Of a stretch of DNA of 64,000 nt, positions 12,241 to 24,049 are shown one piece after another. A model generated the notes under the pieces. That model ran no database searches. It had not been told where the DNA came from and saw only the letters and a list, made by a program, of their open reading frames with translations. A program made the position numbers and the translations under genes. The first letter of the stretch is position 1. Every line of letters starts with the position of its first letter. The DNA is from Lama guanicoe (lineage: Eukaryota). The DNA lies in contig MU054187.1 of assembly GCA_013239625.1 (NCBI GenBank), positions 9,445,231 through 9,509,230 of the forward strand, in the 5' to 3' direction.

Positions 12241-13008
12241 AAAATGATATAAAACAAAACACACAAAACAGTGTAACTTGACACGTTTATCATTTTTACA
12301 AGTCACTGAGTCTGGTTCTAAAAAACACAATGCTTTGTGCCTAATACCTGACAATTTATGAAAATGTGTATGTTTGACTCAACTGGAAATTGTATTATAG
12401 TCTATTAACAGTATATAAATTATTAGATGGCCTACCTGATATTTTCCTTGTAAGATGTGTTTAAGAGGATTTTCTTTATCTCACACTGGACTTTATGATA
12501 CTCACTTTTTTGGTAACATAGGTGAAATTACCACATACTCAACAGACAAGATAATGCTAGCAGGAAACTATGTAAGATAAAATTTCCAAAGAAAGTTTGT
12601 CCCTTTATTGGAACAAAATTAACCAGTGAGGTTAAAAAAATTAATTTCTGACTCAGAGAGGATGACTTGAGAGAGAGAGAGGTCAGGAAAGCTCTCTTAA
12701 AGACACTGTTTGAGAAGATCCTAGGATCATGCATTCCAGGTACAATGGGTACCTTCTTTATGCCAAGATTCTGTGGCAGAAAAGAGCTTGGTTTTGTTCA
12801 AGTCTTCTACCAAATCTAGCTCATTTATGTGTGTATTTTTCCTTATAGTTTCTATTCCCTAAAACACACATTCTTTTTTCCAAAAGAGTTTTATAACACT
12901 TGCTACATGGAGAAATAACCAAATAATAACAAAATCAGCAAAAATGGGTAAGTTGCTAAGATCCCAATAAAGTCGCAGAAGTCTCAGAGTCAATGGGGCT
13001 CGAAGTCG

Positions 13009-13083
13009 TCAGATCACATTCTGAAGTACTGAGGGTTAGGACTCTCACCTATTTTGGGCGGAAACACAATTCAACCCATAACA
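13009..13083 (-). mobile_element. MLT1 (MaLR) LTR 5' fragment
   Basis: Reverse complement begins tgttatgggttgaattgtg, the MLT1A/B start. Confidence 0.7.
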
Positions 13084-13819
13084 CAAGGCTAGTCCAATCT
13101 CTTTGGGCGAATGGTTGTAGTTCTCTGGCCTAAAATTCTTTCTCCAAGGCTATTAGTGAGCAGCAAGAGGGACATATTTGATTTGATGCCTCCTTATGTA
13201 TGAGCTACTTGGTATAGAAACTGTCAAGACCCAAAGCAGGAAGGATAACAGAGGAGAAGCCACATGTTGGATAACCAGTGGCTAATTATGGACATTTGTG
13301 CTTCCCAAGGTAAATGAACTGAGCTATCACAGGTATGCCAGCATTTACTTTCAGACTTAGTGTGACAAGAGTTCAGGCAAAGGGCAGTTGTTCTTCTCAC
13401 TGTCAGAAACAATCCCAAAGTCTGTCAGACACCAGACACAAAGCTCACATCTGCGGAGATCCCCCCTGTGGTGGCCCCTTCAAACCTACCTACTGCCATT
13501 TATTCATGTTAAATGGCACTGCAAATTGCAGCAATTATGTGGATCTTGAACAAAAAGTCGTCAGTGCTCATGCACCCTCTTCCTAGACACTGTCCTCCAC
13601 TAGAGCACAGGCTGCATTCCATTATGAAATTTGGGTCTCTTGGAAACTATTCAGTGGCTGGTGTAGACAGCTAATAAATGAGCCACTGACGTTGGCTTGC
13701 TTTGGAGTTTGATTGGGAACCATGATCCAAGGAGAAGTCATTTATATCAACTGTCATTGACAATCACATGGTGCCAAAAGTCTGTACACTCTCACTCCTC
13801 CTCTCTGTATTTTCTATTT

Positions 13820-14035
13820 TATTTAAAAACATTTACAATGTCCTTACCATGTGCCAGGGACACAACAACGCTATAAGGTAGATACAACTTCTATTCCCAT
13901 TTTATAGATGGGGAAACCAGAAGGCACTGAACAATTAATAATTTGCCTAAAGTCACGAAACCAGTGAGTGGAAAAACTCACATATATATCAGGAAACCTA
14001 GCTTCAGAATCCAAGTTTTAATCATTGGGCTCTGC
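13820..14035 (-). mobile_element. MIR SINE
   Basis: atgtgccaggg...cccattttatagatggggaaacc...tttgcctaaagtcac. Confidence 0.75.
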
Positions 14036-14269
14036 TATCTCTATATTGCCTTTGAGAGCCAAGGTGAGTGGTTTCCAAAGAATTTGTTTAGACATGATTA
14101 TTAAGGCAACCTCTGAGTGTTCCATCCTAAGTTCTAAATATATGGATACTGCTCAGAGCAAGCCCATGAGATAGGTACTACTTCAATTCCCATTTTACAG
14201 TCTGGTAAACAGAAAGACACAAAGAGTTTAAATAATTTGCTCAAGGTCACTTACAATATATCCCCAAAA

Positions 14270-16130
14270 TAGTGCTAGGTGCTGGAGATAGAATTGTGAA
14301 CAAGGTAACCGTGGTTCCTGTCTACAGCACACACAGAGACACAGACAAGCAAAGGCAATTGAAACACTGTGGTAAGGGCCAAGGGAAAGTTCCACATGCC
14401 ATGTGAGCACATGGAGGCAGTATTTGGCCCTTCCTTGGGATGTTAAAAAGACTTCTTGAGGACTGATACTATGGCTTAAACCTCAAAATTGCATTAGACA
14501 GGTACAGAGGTAGAGAAAAGGAGGACATTGTTCCAAGGGAGGAAACTGTACTTGTAAAATCAGGAAGCAAGACAACGAGCATGGTTCATACTAGGAGACA
14601 AAAGAAATGTAGTATGGTTTAGTGTGCAGAATGCAAGGAAAGAGTGGCAAGAGATGAAATGGGAAAATAACTCTAAGAGCAATGAGGACTGGCTGAGCTT
14701 TAGCAGGTAAGGGAGTGTGATCAGGTCTACATTTCAGAAAGACAATGATGGATTGGTGGGAGGAAGACTAGTGACAGAGAGGTACCTCCCTCCATCCTGG
14801 GAGTCACTGCAGTAAGTCCAGCTTAATATTCTAGTGGGCAGAATTAAACTTGGTGATTGACTGTCTATAAGGGATATGTGGTATAATAAGAAATATGTTT
14901 GGTCTTTGCCCTCCAGTTCCTGGCACAGAGCTCGTAAAACCTTCGGAATTTCCAGAGCAAAAGGAGTGTCTTTTGCTATTCATAGGGAGCCCCTTTAGAG
15001 CACATGTGAGTTATCTTGTGTGACTTAGGGTCACAGAAAGACCAAGTGATTAGAGGGTTGGGACATTCAGCCCCACCCAGTGACCTCTGGGAAAAGGGAG
15101 AGAGTAGCTGGCAATCAAGCTCTATAAAATCTCTTGAACAAGATATGATGAGCTTCTGGGTTAGTAAACAGACACTGGAAGGGTGGCACAGCCAGAGAGG
15201 GCATGGAACCTACACCTTGACTCCCCCATACCTTGCCCATTGAATCTCTTCCATTTGCCTATTCCTAAGTTGTATCCTTTTATAATAAACTGATAAGGAA
15301 TTTTTTTCCTTCATTCTGTGAGTCATTCTAGCAAATTATCAAACCTGAGAAGGAGCTTGTGGGAACCCTGATTTATAGATTAGAAGTGTAAGTGAGAACC
15401 TCGACTTGAGACTGGTGTCAGAAGTGGGAGCAGTCTTGCAGGAGTGAGCCCTTACTCTGACTCTATATTCAATAGATAGTGTCAGAATTGAGTTAAATTT
15501 GTAGGACACTCAGTCATAATCCACTGAGAGTTGGAGAATAGCTTCCCACAAAAAAAATCCCACATATCTAGAGTCAGAAATACTGAGAGTAGAGGAGAAA
15601 AATAGAGTTTTCTTTACAAGGGTGAAAGCGAGAGTTCTGCTCAACTTCGAAGTCTCTGATTTGTACAATTAGATAAGTAGCAGTGCCATTAGCTGGGTGG
15701 AGAATGCAGAGGAGAAATAATTCTGGGGACAGCAGTAAAAATGAGTTCCATTTTGGACATGTTTGATTTCAAAAGCCTGTAGGACCTCCAAAAGGCAAAT
15801 AGATCAATGGATCTGAAGTTAGAGGGAAATCTGGCCCTGAGAGCTTTTAGAGTCATCAGCGAATAAGTGGATATACAAGCCAAGAGAGTGGATGCATTGA
15901 CTCGGGAGAGTGAATTAAGGAAAAGAGAAGGGAGTCTCATGTGACATCATCATCTAAGGGTTAGCCAAGAAGAGCCTACAGAACAGACTGAGAAGGATCC
16001 TTCAGAGAGGTAGGAAGGAGTTCAGGCAAGTGGGTATCGTGGAACCCAAGGAAAGCTAAAGGAAGACATTTCACACAATTTTGTGTCCTAGACAGGTCAA
16101 TCAAGACAGTGACTGGGGAGTGTCCATCTG
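14270..16130 (-). mobile_element. L2 LINE remnant, split by a MER21-like LTR
   Basis: Reverse-strand L2 text on both sides of the LTR (gtgtgatcaggtctacatttcagaaagac; aatgagttccattttggacatgtttgatttc; agactgagaaggatccttcagagaggtaggaag). Confidence 0.7.
14877..15618 (+). mobile_element. MER21-like solo LTR
   Basis: TG...CA ends; tttggtctttgccctccagttcctggcacagagctc, gaaagaccaagtgattagagggttgg, AATAAA, gtgggaaccctgatttatag are typical of MER21. Confidence 0.8.
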
Positions 16131-16704
16131 ATTATGCCATATTAGAAAAGCAAAATGCTTGTTTCTGAGGGTTATTTAGGAAGACAACAGAAAGCCATAT
16201 AAGAAGAAATGAAAACTCAACAAGCAATGATTTTTTTGTCCTTCACTACTCTGGTGCTGGCTGGAAATTAGATGGATAAATCACTCATGATCTTTGGGTG
16301 TGACGTACAGCGAAAGGATAGCATCTTCAAGTCTGTTTGGGGGCATTCACATAGTAGTGTCTAATGTTGAACTAACTTTCTATCTTTGGGTTCTTTTTCT
16401 GTCAGAGATTTCGAAAGAAACCCCATGACAGTCAGAGATGGAGGTGGATAAAACTGTGAAGGAGAGAAAATTTGACTTAAGGGTTCTTATCTTCTACCCT
16501 CTGCCAGCGATCTAGTGTCCTACATTTTCCCATTCCATCTCCCCAGACCATGATCCCTGAAGGCAGTACTTTCCACAGCTGTGTGGGCTGCAGACATGGT
16601 TAAAACTTCTCCCTGTATTCTTTCCTCTCTCCACCCCCAAATCAGACATACCTTTCCTGCTTCCTCCTTCTTTAGAGCCCCATGGACATGAGATAAACTG
16701 CCCA

Positions 16705-16895
16705 GAGCCATTGTAATGTAAGGGAAAAATCTACTGAATCTAGAATCAGAAAACCTGGGCTGGATTCCCAGTTTTACCACTTATCCTAACTCTGTGTCAT
16801 TTGGCAAGTCATTTTTTCCATTAATCTCTCTGAGCCTCAGAATTCCTACTTCTTAAAGGTACATAAATAAGATTTAAACAAGTGTATGGAAAAAA
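16705..16895 (+). mobile_element. MIR SINE
   Basis: gaatcagaaaacctgggctggattcccag...ggcaagtca...ctctctgagcctcag. Confidence 0.7.
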
Positions 16896-17245
16896 CTCTT
16901 TTTTAATGTGGTAGAGTCATATGTAGTTTTCCCAACTATATCTTATAGAATTCTTGAAACCACAGTTTGTCTAGTACGGAGTGAGATTTCTTCTGTATCT
17001 GGTGAAATGATGGACTTTTTTCATGTAAGTTTCTGTGAGAATGTTAGTTCTGAAACTCTACATGAAGGAACAAATGCCTGATTTCCGGGTGGGCTGAGTT
17101 CTGGTGTGTTTAAAGTCAAAGAGGTGCAATGAGCCTCAAAGGAGGAATTTCCTGTTACTTCCTATTTCAGCATCCCTATATAGAAACAGTGAACACCTAG
17201 CATTCTAAAGCATTTTCGCACATTCGATCTGAAATTACCCCAGGG

Positions 17246-17584
17246 CAGCCATTCCAAAGTGTGATATCACAACAGATTGAAGGCAGAAACAGATATGAAA
17301 AATTCAACTGTCTTCTATGAAGCCAAACATAAAAGCAAATATGTAAAACAAAGTGACTCTTCTCAAAAATATTTTTTTTTGTTTTGGAAAGTATAGTTAG
17401 TTTTCATCAAAATGTGTTAATTACATTAAAATGTCATGGTTTTTTTAAAATGAATTATATATAATTGTTTTCATTTCTAATACAGAAAATATCAATAGAT
17501 ACAACCCATGCCAACCAAAGCTGGGAGACAATAATTTTTAAAAGTGTAACGGGGTCCTGAGACAAAAACGTTTGGAGATTGTTG
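17246..17584. mobile_element. hAT-Charlie-type non-autonomous DNA transposon
   Basis: Imperfect terminal inverted repeats (cagccattccaaa / tttggagattgttg), degenerate 8-bp TSD ccccaggg / ccctagtg, Charlie-like 3' end ggggtcctgagacaaaaacgtttg. Confidence 0.7.
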
Positions 17585-18616
17585 CCCTAGTGTGATGCTC
17601 AGCAAAGTGAAATTTTAAATATTTTTTACTAAAAGAATTCTCATTTGGAAATTGCTAATTGTTGTTTAGTTTCTGATGGTAAGTAGCAACATGCAGTTGC
17701 CTTGAAGTCTTCACTTTTCCTGACAAGTCACCAAAATGCCCTTGAATCTCTCAACAGACACTATGCTGGCAACAAGGCCCAACTCCCTCACCCCCACCCA
17801 TACCCCACTGACACACAAGCTTAAAGATAGTCCAGTAGGGATGGTCCATTTGCATAAGAAGCCCAGGGGCTTTGGGTGGGCGCCAAGAGGAAGGAACTGA
17901 GAACCCAGCTTCCTTTTCTTCCTGCTTCAAAGTTACCTTAATTGGCACCTAACCTGTGTTGGGAGGCAGGTAAGGTCAAGAGTACTCCTCAGGGTCCCCC
18001 TGAGGTCAGGGGTCAGGCAGTCAAAAGGGATCTCACCAGGCCTTGGAGGCAGCTAACCCCAGAGAATGCCTGCTGTTCCAAGAACAGACTGGAAAGGCCA
18101 TTTCATTAAAGGAGCTATCATTGAGAACCTGGGGCTGCTTGGGCATGGGCCTCCCCTGGGTGAGGGAAGCATTCCCCCTCCCCATTCCAGCCCAAGTCAG
18201 TTCTGCCAGAGCGGCAGTGGCAGTGGCAATGAGCTTTGTCTGTGACAATCATTGTACCTCCGTGCTTTCTGTGGCACAGCCCTTGAATCAGCCTAATGGA
18301 TGCCCAGGTTGGGCACACCGAGGACGGGAGCACCTAGTGGTGGGCACAGCAGCCGCAGGCTGGAACAGGGCACTTATAGCACTGACCACTTTCCTCCCTG
18401 AAAGGCAGTATTAACCAAGGCTGACCTCCTAGGTTGTCCCTGGGGTTCATGGACTCATCACAAGAGGGTCCCTTCCCACCCTCACCTCAGACATAGAACC
18501 TCTTGTTAAAAAGGCAGGTGGGGACCCAGGTGTAGGATTCTGGAAAAACACCATGGGGTGACATGGTTTGCATTCTAAACTGATGGGACCAGGCACTCCA
18601 GCTTCAGTTTCACCCC

Positions 18617-19109
18617 TGTAGTTGGCAGAATAATGTCCTCTGGAAGATGTCCTCATCCTAATCCCTGGCATCTGGGAATGTGGTACCCTACATGGCAAAA
18701 GGGCTCTGCAGATACGGTTCAAGTAAAGAGCTCTTGAAAGTCTCCTGGATCATCCAGGCAGGCCCAATCTCCTCACAAGACTCCTTAAAGCAGAAAACCT
18801 TTCTCGCTAAGGTCAGAGACGGATGCAATGACAGAAGAAGGTGCAGAGAGAGGCCGTATGAGGAAGGGCCTACAGGCCATTGCTGGCTCTGAAGACAGAG
18901 GACGGGGCCATGGGCCTAGGACGCTGGAAAAGGTAAGGAAACAGACTCCCTCCTAGAACCTTCAGAACTGAACTCCACCCTACTGACACCTTGATTTTCG
19001 CCCAGGGGGGGACCCATGTTGGAAGTTCTAACCTCCAGAATTATAAGATGATAAATGTGTGTTGTTTAAGTTTGTGCTAACTTGTCACAGCAACACTAGA
19101 AAACTAACA
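18617..19109 (+). mobile_element. MLT1 (MLT1D-like) MaLR solo LTR
   Basis: tgtagttggcagaataatg...aagatgtcctcatcctaatccctgg...aaggtaaggaaacagactccctcctagaacc...cagcaacactagaaaactaaca. Confidence 0.85.
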
Positions 19110-19591
19110 CCATTACTGGTCGGTGCCTTGCTCAGAGGGGATTTATAAACTTTCTCAAAGACACTAGCTTGAGAATCAAGTGTGGAAATAGCTGGAAGGG
19201 GCCAGCTGAGCAGAGTGAATGAACACCTCTGGAGAAGCTGAATCAAGGGATCCCAAGTGGCAGGAGATGTTGCAGGAGACTTGGGAGTCCTGTGGCAGCC
19301 CCCTCCAGGCCAAGGAGCAGGTGACCTTGATGACTCCTTGAGAAACCGGGATTATCAAAATCTGTTGCAGACCACCTCAGGTCTTCACGAATTATTGAAA
19401 TTACCTTAGGAGTCTTCTAGTCCTTGCATCTGCCCATATATGATTCTCCTCCATCACCTGGCAAAAGTTCTTTCTGTGACATCACAGCATTTTGTTTGCA
19501 AGTGGGGACCTTGCTGTTGGCTTTCCAGAGGGCCCAGGGGAAGGTATTCTCTAGTATTTCTGGGCAAGGACTTGTGTCAGAAGAGATCAAG

Positions 19592-19820
19592 GCAGTACAG
19601 CCTCATGGTTAAGAGCAGAGGCCCCGGGGTCAGACAGCCTGAGTTGGAAAACTCATTTACCACTTACCAGCTGCCTGACCTTTGACACTTTCTCCATTAA
19701 CCTCTCTGTGTCTCAGTTACCTCCGTCGTAGATTGGGGAATAATCACAGCACTTCTTCATGAAAGATTTAATGAAATGGTGCATTAAAAAGTACCTGAGA
19801 TATAATAAGTGTTTTTATTA
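19592..19820 (+). mobile_element. MIR SINE (near full length)
   Basis: gcagtacagcctcatggttaagagc...gtcagacagcctgagtt...ctctctgtgtctcagtt. Confidence 0.85.
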
Positions 19821-20021
19821 AGATGTAGCCTGGTGGGTCCTTCAAGGGACCCAAGGGTTACATTTACTTTATTACAAACCAAACAAATGGTCCTTAAGGA
19901 AAGATTCATCCACATGTTCAGCCTCTCCCATCAGTGCAACTAATAGAAACAAGTCACAGCTGCCAGTCAAATTAAAGTTGGATCATATCTGTCCGCAAGA
20001 GTAGAAAGATTATTCTAAACA

Positions 20022-20265
20022 AATAATAATATTTAACATTTATTGGGGATTGACCACATGCCAGGTACTGCTCTAAGCCCTCATTTAATCTTTATTTAAT
20101 TTCCTATATCACAGTACTAAAACCACCTCCACCTTATAGATGAGAAAAGCAAGAAACAGAAAGGTTAAGTAATTTTCCCAAGATCACACAGCTGAGAAAT
20201 AGTGGAGCCAGACCTGTATCCAGTCTGTTCTGAGGTCCATGCCCTTAATCACTAAAACATACTGT
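20022..20265 (-). mobile_element. MIR SINE
   Basis: aataataatatttaacatttattgggg...atgccaggtactgctctaag...aggttaagtaattttcccaagatcacacagct. Confidence 0.85.
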
Positions 20266-22388
20266 CTTTAAAAATCAAGCCATAATATGAAACATAAACC
20301 ATCATAAATCCCCCATTGTAAGTACTAGCCAAGTATTGATTGGTTATTAATGATTTAAAGGAGTCAATCTTCTCAAAGGGTTAAAAGTTTCTTGGTCAAT
20401 CTTCAATGTCATGGTGTGGAACAGGCTTAACTGATCTTACTTAACTACTTCAGTTGAGTGTTGTGAGGTATTTGAAATTTTTCAACAAAACTAATATAGC
20501 TTTTAACATTATTTTAGGAGGAACATGAGAAGTATTTTTCAAATGAGTTATTCTGCCTGGTCCTATTGAACCAGGACATTGTGCAAAGAAGGAAATGGTT
20601 TGGGGCACTATGGATAGGAAATATGAATCCAGGCATAGACCTAAGACATGACAATGTCCATTTATCCCTTTGTCCTTTGAATTTTTTCCCAGGCATTCTT
20701 CTAACACTTTTTCCTTGCTGGATTATGTTGCTTTTCAATGGCTGCCCAGTGACCCCAGCTAAGTTGTTGGTTGATCTCATCACTAAACCATTACGTTGTA
20801 CTTTGCACTTTCCCTGGGTAGATCTCAAGAGGCTATTTAAACACTACCTCTCCCCTGAAGGAGGCCCCCTCTGAGATCAGAGAAGAGCCATTTGGGGTGT
20901 AAATGAACAAAATGTCATAGGAATGGAAAAATTTGAGCCCCCTCCTCCCTGCCTGCGGCTGTCCTTGCTGCTCCTGTGACCGTCTTGTGTGGTCCTGCCT
21001 GGATTTCCCTTCTTGTCCATCGTGTGTTGCCTCCTGCCCGTCTGCTTTTAGTATATGAGTTGAGGCTATAAAATTAAAGTTCTTTATACCTAGTTTTCTT
21101 CCTTCTTCCCCACACCCCATTCCATCCACCATCTTGGCCAAAGCAATTCCCCAAAACACTCTAAAAAAGACCTTAATTAAAATGTTCTTACATGGCAAAT
21201 CTTGCTGCTAACATACCTACCCCAGATGAGGCAGCCTATTTGTCTCTTTAGAAAGTTACAGAATTATCTCAAAGAATATTAAAAATTAGTTTCTAAATCA
21301 AAGTCACATTCACTGCCCATTATCACCTTCTCCCCTCCTTGGTGCTTTCCCATTTGATTAGATTCCATCACAGGCACTGAGTCGGGACACCATCCCTATC
21401 ATCTTAGCTCCTACTGAACACGTGCCATTGATTCACTGCTCAGGAAAAGCCATGGTTCTCTGTAACTTAAAGGAGGCATTTTGAGTCCCTGAGCCCTTGC
21501 ATCAACTAATTACTGTCAAAGGATGTGAGGAAGGAAACCCTGTTCGTTGGCTCATGAACTCGCATACCCTAGACCTGTGTGGCAGAGGGGGCAGCCTCCA
21601 CCAAAGCCTGGGGCTCTAGGAAGGCTTCCCTGTCAGTCATGGGCTGGAACAGCAGTCACAGTGCTGTCGGAGATGGCTCCGTGCGCCCAGGCAGAGCTGC
21701 TCTCCTTAACGAGGGAGAGGCTTCTGAAGCCTCCCACGGTGCAGGAAGGAAGCAGAGCCTACAGCGCTACATCCCCGCTTCCTTTCTGTCCTTAAAACTC
21801 GGTTCAGCGTTTCTTTTGTGAGATACATCACTTCTCCCACCAGCTGTGAGGGCAGGAGGAAAAGCAATTAAGGGCATTATTAATTACCAAGTTCCCACTG
21901 AGAAGGGTCAAACTGCAGCAAGATTTAACAAAGCAACAACAATTCCATCACCAGTGGAGTTATAAAAGTAGATAGCTCAACATCTTAGAGCTAAATTTGG
22001 GCTTATTCTTTCTTAGCCCTAAAAATCCTTATTGAAGGTGAACATCCCAGAGGTGATTAAAAACTTGCCTTCCTTGGAGTTTTGGAACTGTTTGAGTTCT
22101 AACAATATTTGAGTTTGGCAAGCTTCTAGTGTCCTTTGGGAAGTTGCAGCAAAAATGAATCGGCAATTATCTGTGTTTTTACAGAAGAGAAATGGTCTTA
22201 CCGACTTTTTTTTTTCGTAGTATCTACACTAGAATTTCTTTTTTACTGAAATCCATGGAAAATTAGGAAAACATTTTCGAGAACTAGTTATGTAAATGCT
22301 TTAAAAATATCTATTGAAATCCTATTCATTTTATAGGATCAGTACTATTCAAAAGTTTTGAGGTAGGCAGTTTCTTTTGGTGACTACA

Positions 22389-22516
22389 ACCCTTTACCCC
22401 AACCAGCGTTCACATAGGGGTCCACTGGCTACCCTTTACCCCAACCAACGCTCACATAGGGGTCCACTGGCTACCCTTTACCCCAACCAGCGCTCATGTA
22501 GGGGTTCACTGGCTAC
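22389..22516. repeat. 42-bp minisatellite, 3 copies
   Basis: Unit accctttaccccaaccagcg(t/c)tcacataggggtccactggct at 22389, 22431 and 22473, with a few substitutions between units. Confidence 0.95.
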
Positions 22517-22747
22517 TGCCCCCGAGGGATCTGACTGCTCTTCATGCTGTACTTTTCTCTGTATGGTTCCTATATGTTAATTTACTCACTTAATCAGTTC
22601 AGAATTATTTACGGAGCATCTATTATGTGCTAGGGATATAACAGAAAATAAAGCAGACATTCTCTTCCATTGTGAAGCTTATCATCTATCAGGGAAGACA
22701 AATACTGATTAACTAGAGTTATTAAACATAATTTATAGATATCACAT

Positions 22748-23161
22748 TGTAAAACCAAACTAAAATGGATCACTTATGTCAGGGGCAAAATGGAGATGGT
22801 CAACACAAGTACACAAAGAAAACTTAACCTAACCTTACAGGAACTTACAGCTCTTCTCAGAAAGCAGCATAGGACACCAGCCAATCCCCAAATGCCAATT
22901 CTGCTCACGCCATCTCTGGATTTTCTTGTTTGCCTGACTCAGCTACTCTAACCCAAATAAGAAAGTAGACCCCTGGGCAACCAATCAATGGAAAAGGCCA
23001 AATAACTTCCATATTTACTCCCCTAAAGAGCTCTCTGCCGGTGAGCAACTCGGAACTCACTGCTCCCAGTCTTTAGTTTCCTGGCTTGCAGGTCAAAAGC
23101 CTTGTGATAAACTCATCCTTCTGCTTTGTTTCATTCAGTGAACAGACTGTAGTTTTAGACA
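22748..23161 (+). mobile_element. ERV1-type solo LTR (~414 bp)
   Basis: TG...CA ends, near-TSD acat/acac, CCAAT boxes, aaaatggagatgg motif, polyA-like gataaa; interrupts an L1-like fragment. Confidence 0.6.
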
Positions 23162-23224
23162 ACACCATTTTATCCTTAAATCCATGAGTATGTATATCTT
23201 TAAAAAGTCTCCTCACATTTTCTT

Positions 23225-23345
23225 ACCTGTACTGCTAATTATATTAAGGGAGTAGTTCCTCTCCAGCCCTCAGGGTCTCCATTGAGTTTAGCTCAAAATA
23301 ACCTGTATGCCAAAGTGGCACATCTTGGAGGGGAGGGCCTGCTCT
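23225..23345 (-). mobile_element. MER34-family LTR 5' fragment (antisense)
   Basis: Reverse complement ccaagatgtgccactttggcatacaggttattttgagct is homologous to the start of the adjacent LTR. Confidence 0.55.
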
Positions 23346-23477
23346 GTTGGGAGGGTAGACAGCCTCAAGCAGCACATTGCCTTGAACTTTAAAAAGGCAA
23401 GGATCTAAAACCTCAAGGAACTCCAGCCAAGAGAACATCTGCAAGATACACAAAGGCTTACTGATTATAAAATGTAT

Positions 23478-24049
23478 TGAACGGGATCAAAATATGCCAC
23501 CCAAAATACGTCACTTTGGCATAAGGATTATTTTGAGCTGAAGGCAATTGAGAAATAGCAGACACATGAGAAGTTCTCTGCCCTCTTCTGTCTGACAAAA
23601 AGCAGGGCATACATTTCCCTTTGGTAAAGAAAATTTCCATTTGTAAATGTAACCACCCGCCTCCCCCATACCAGGACCCTTATGACTCTTGACTCTCATG
23701 ACACCAAGATGAGTCTGCATAAACAATGCGTATTTACTGTTAATTCCCCCACCCCCGTGCATTTCCTAGTCACCTTCCCACAACGTAACATCTACAAACT
23801 CTTTTCCTTTGTCTAGTCACTTCTCCGCAATTTATCACCCTTTGTTAAAATGATATATAAGCCCCCAGGTCAAACCACCTCTTTGGGTTTTTCACTTCTT
23901 TTCTGTGAAACCCCTGTGCACATAAAAATATTGATATCAGCAAAGTGTGTAAACCTTTTCTCCTGTTAATCTGTCTTTTATCAGTTTAATTCATTGGCCC
24001 CCAGTCACTGAAACTAAAAAGGCAGAGGAAAAGTTTTTCCACCTCTACA
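23478..24049 (+). mobile_element. MER34/MER39-like ERV1 solo LTR
   Basis: tgaacgggatcaaaatatgccacccaaaatacgtcactttggcataaggattattttgagctgaaggcaattgag ... tatataagc ... ttttccacctctaca; near-TSD gtat/gttt. Confidence 0.8.

Noticed and set aside
16949..17024. Plus-strand candidate exon (tag|AATTC...TTCAT|gtaagt, open frame ILETTVCLVRSEISSVSGEMMDFFH)
   Set aside because: Isolated, unrecognised peptide, no partner exons, and opposite to the inferred transcription direction
22389..22516. CRISPR-like array or repeat-protein gene
   Set aside because: The units are contiguous with no unique spacers, the context is mammalian, and the ORF has no ATG start or splice support
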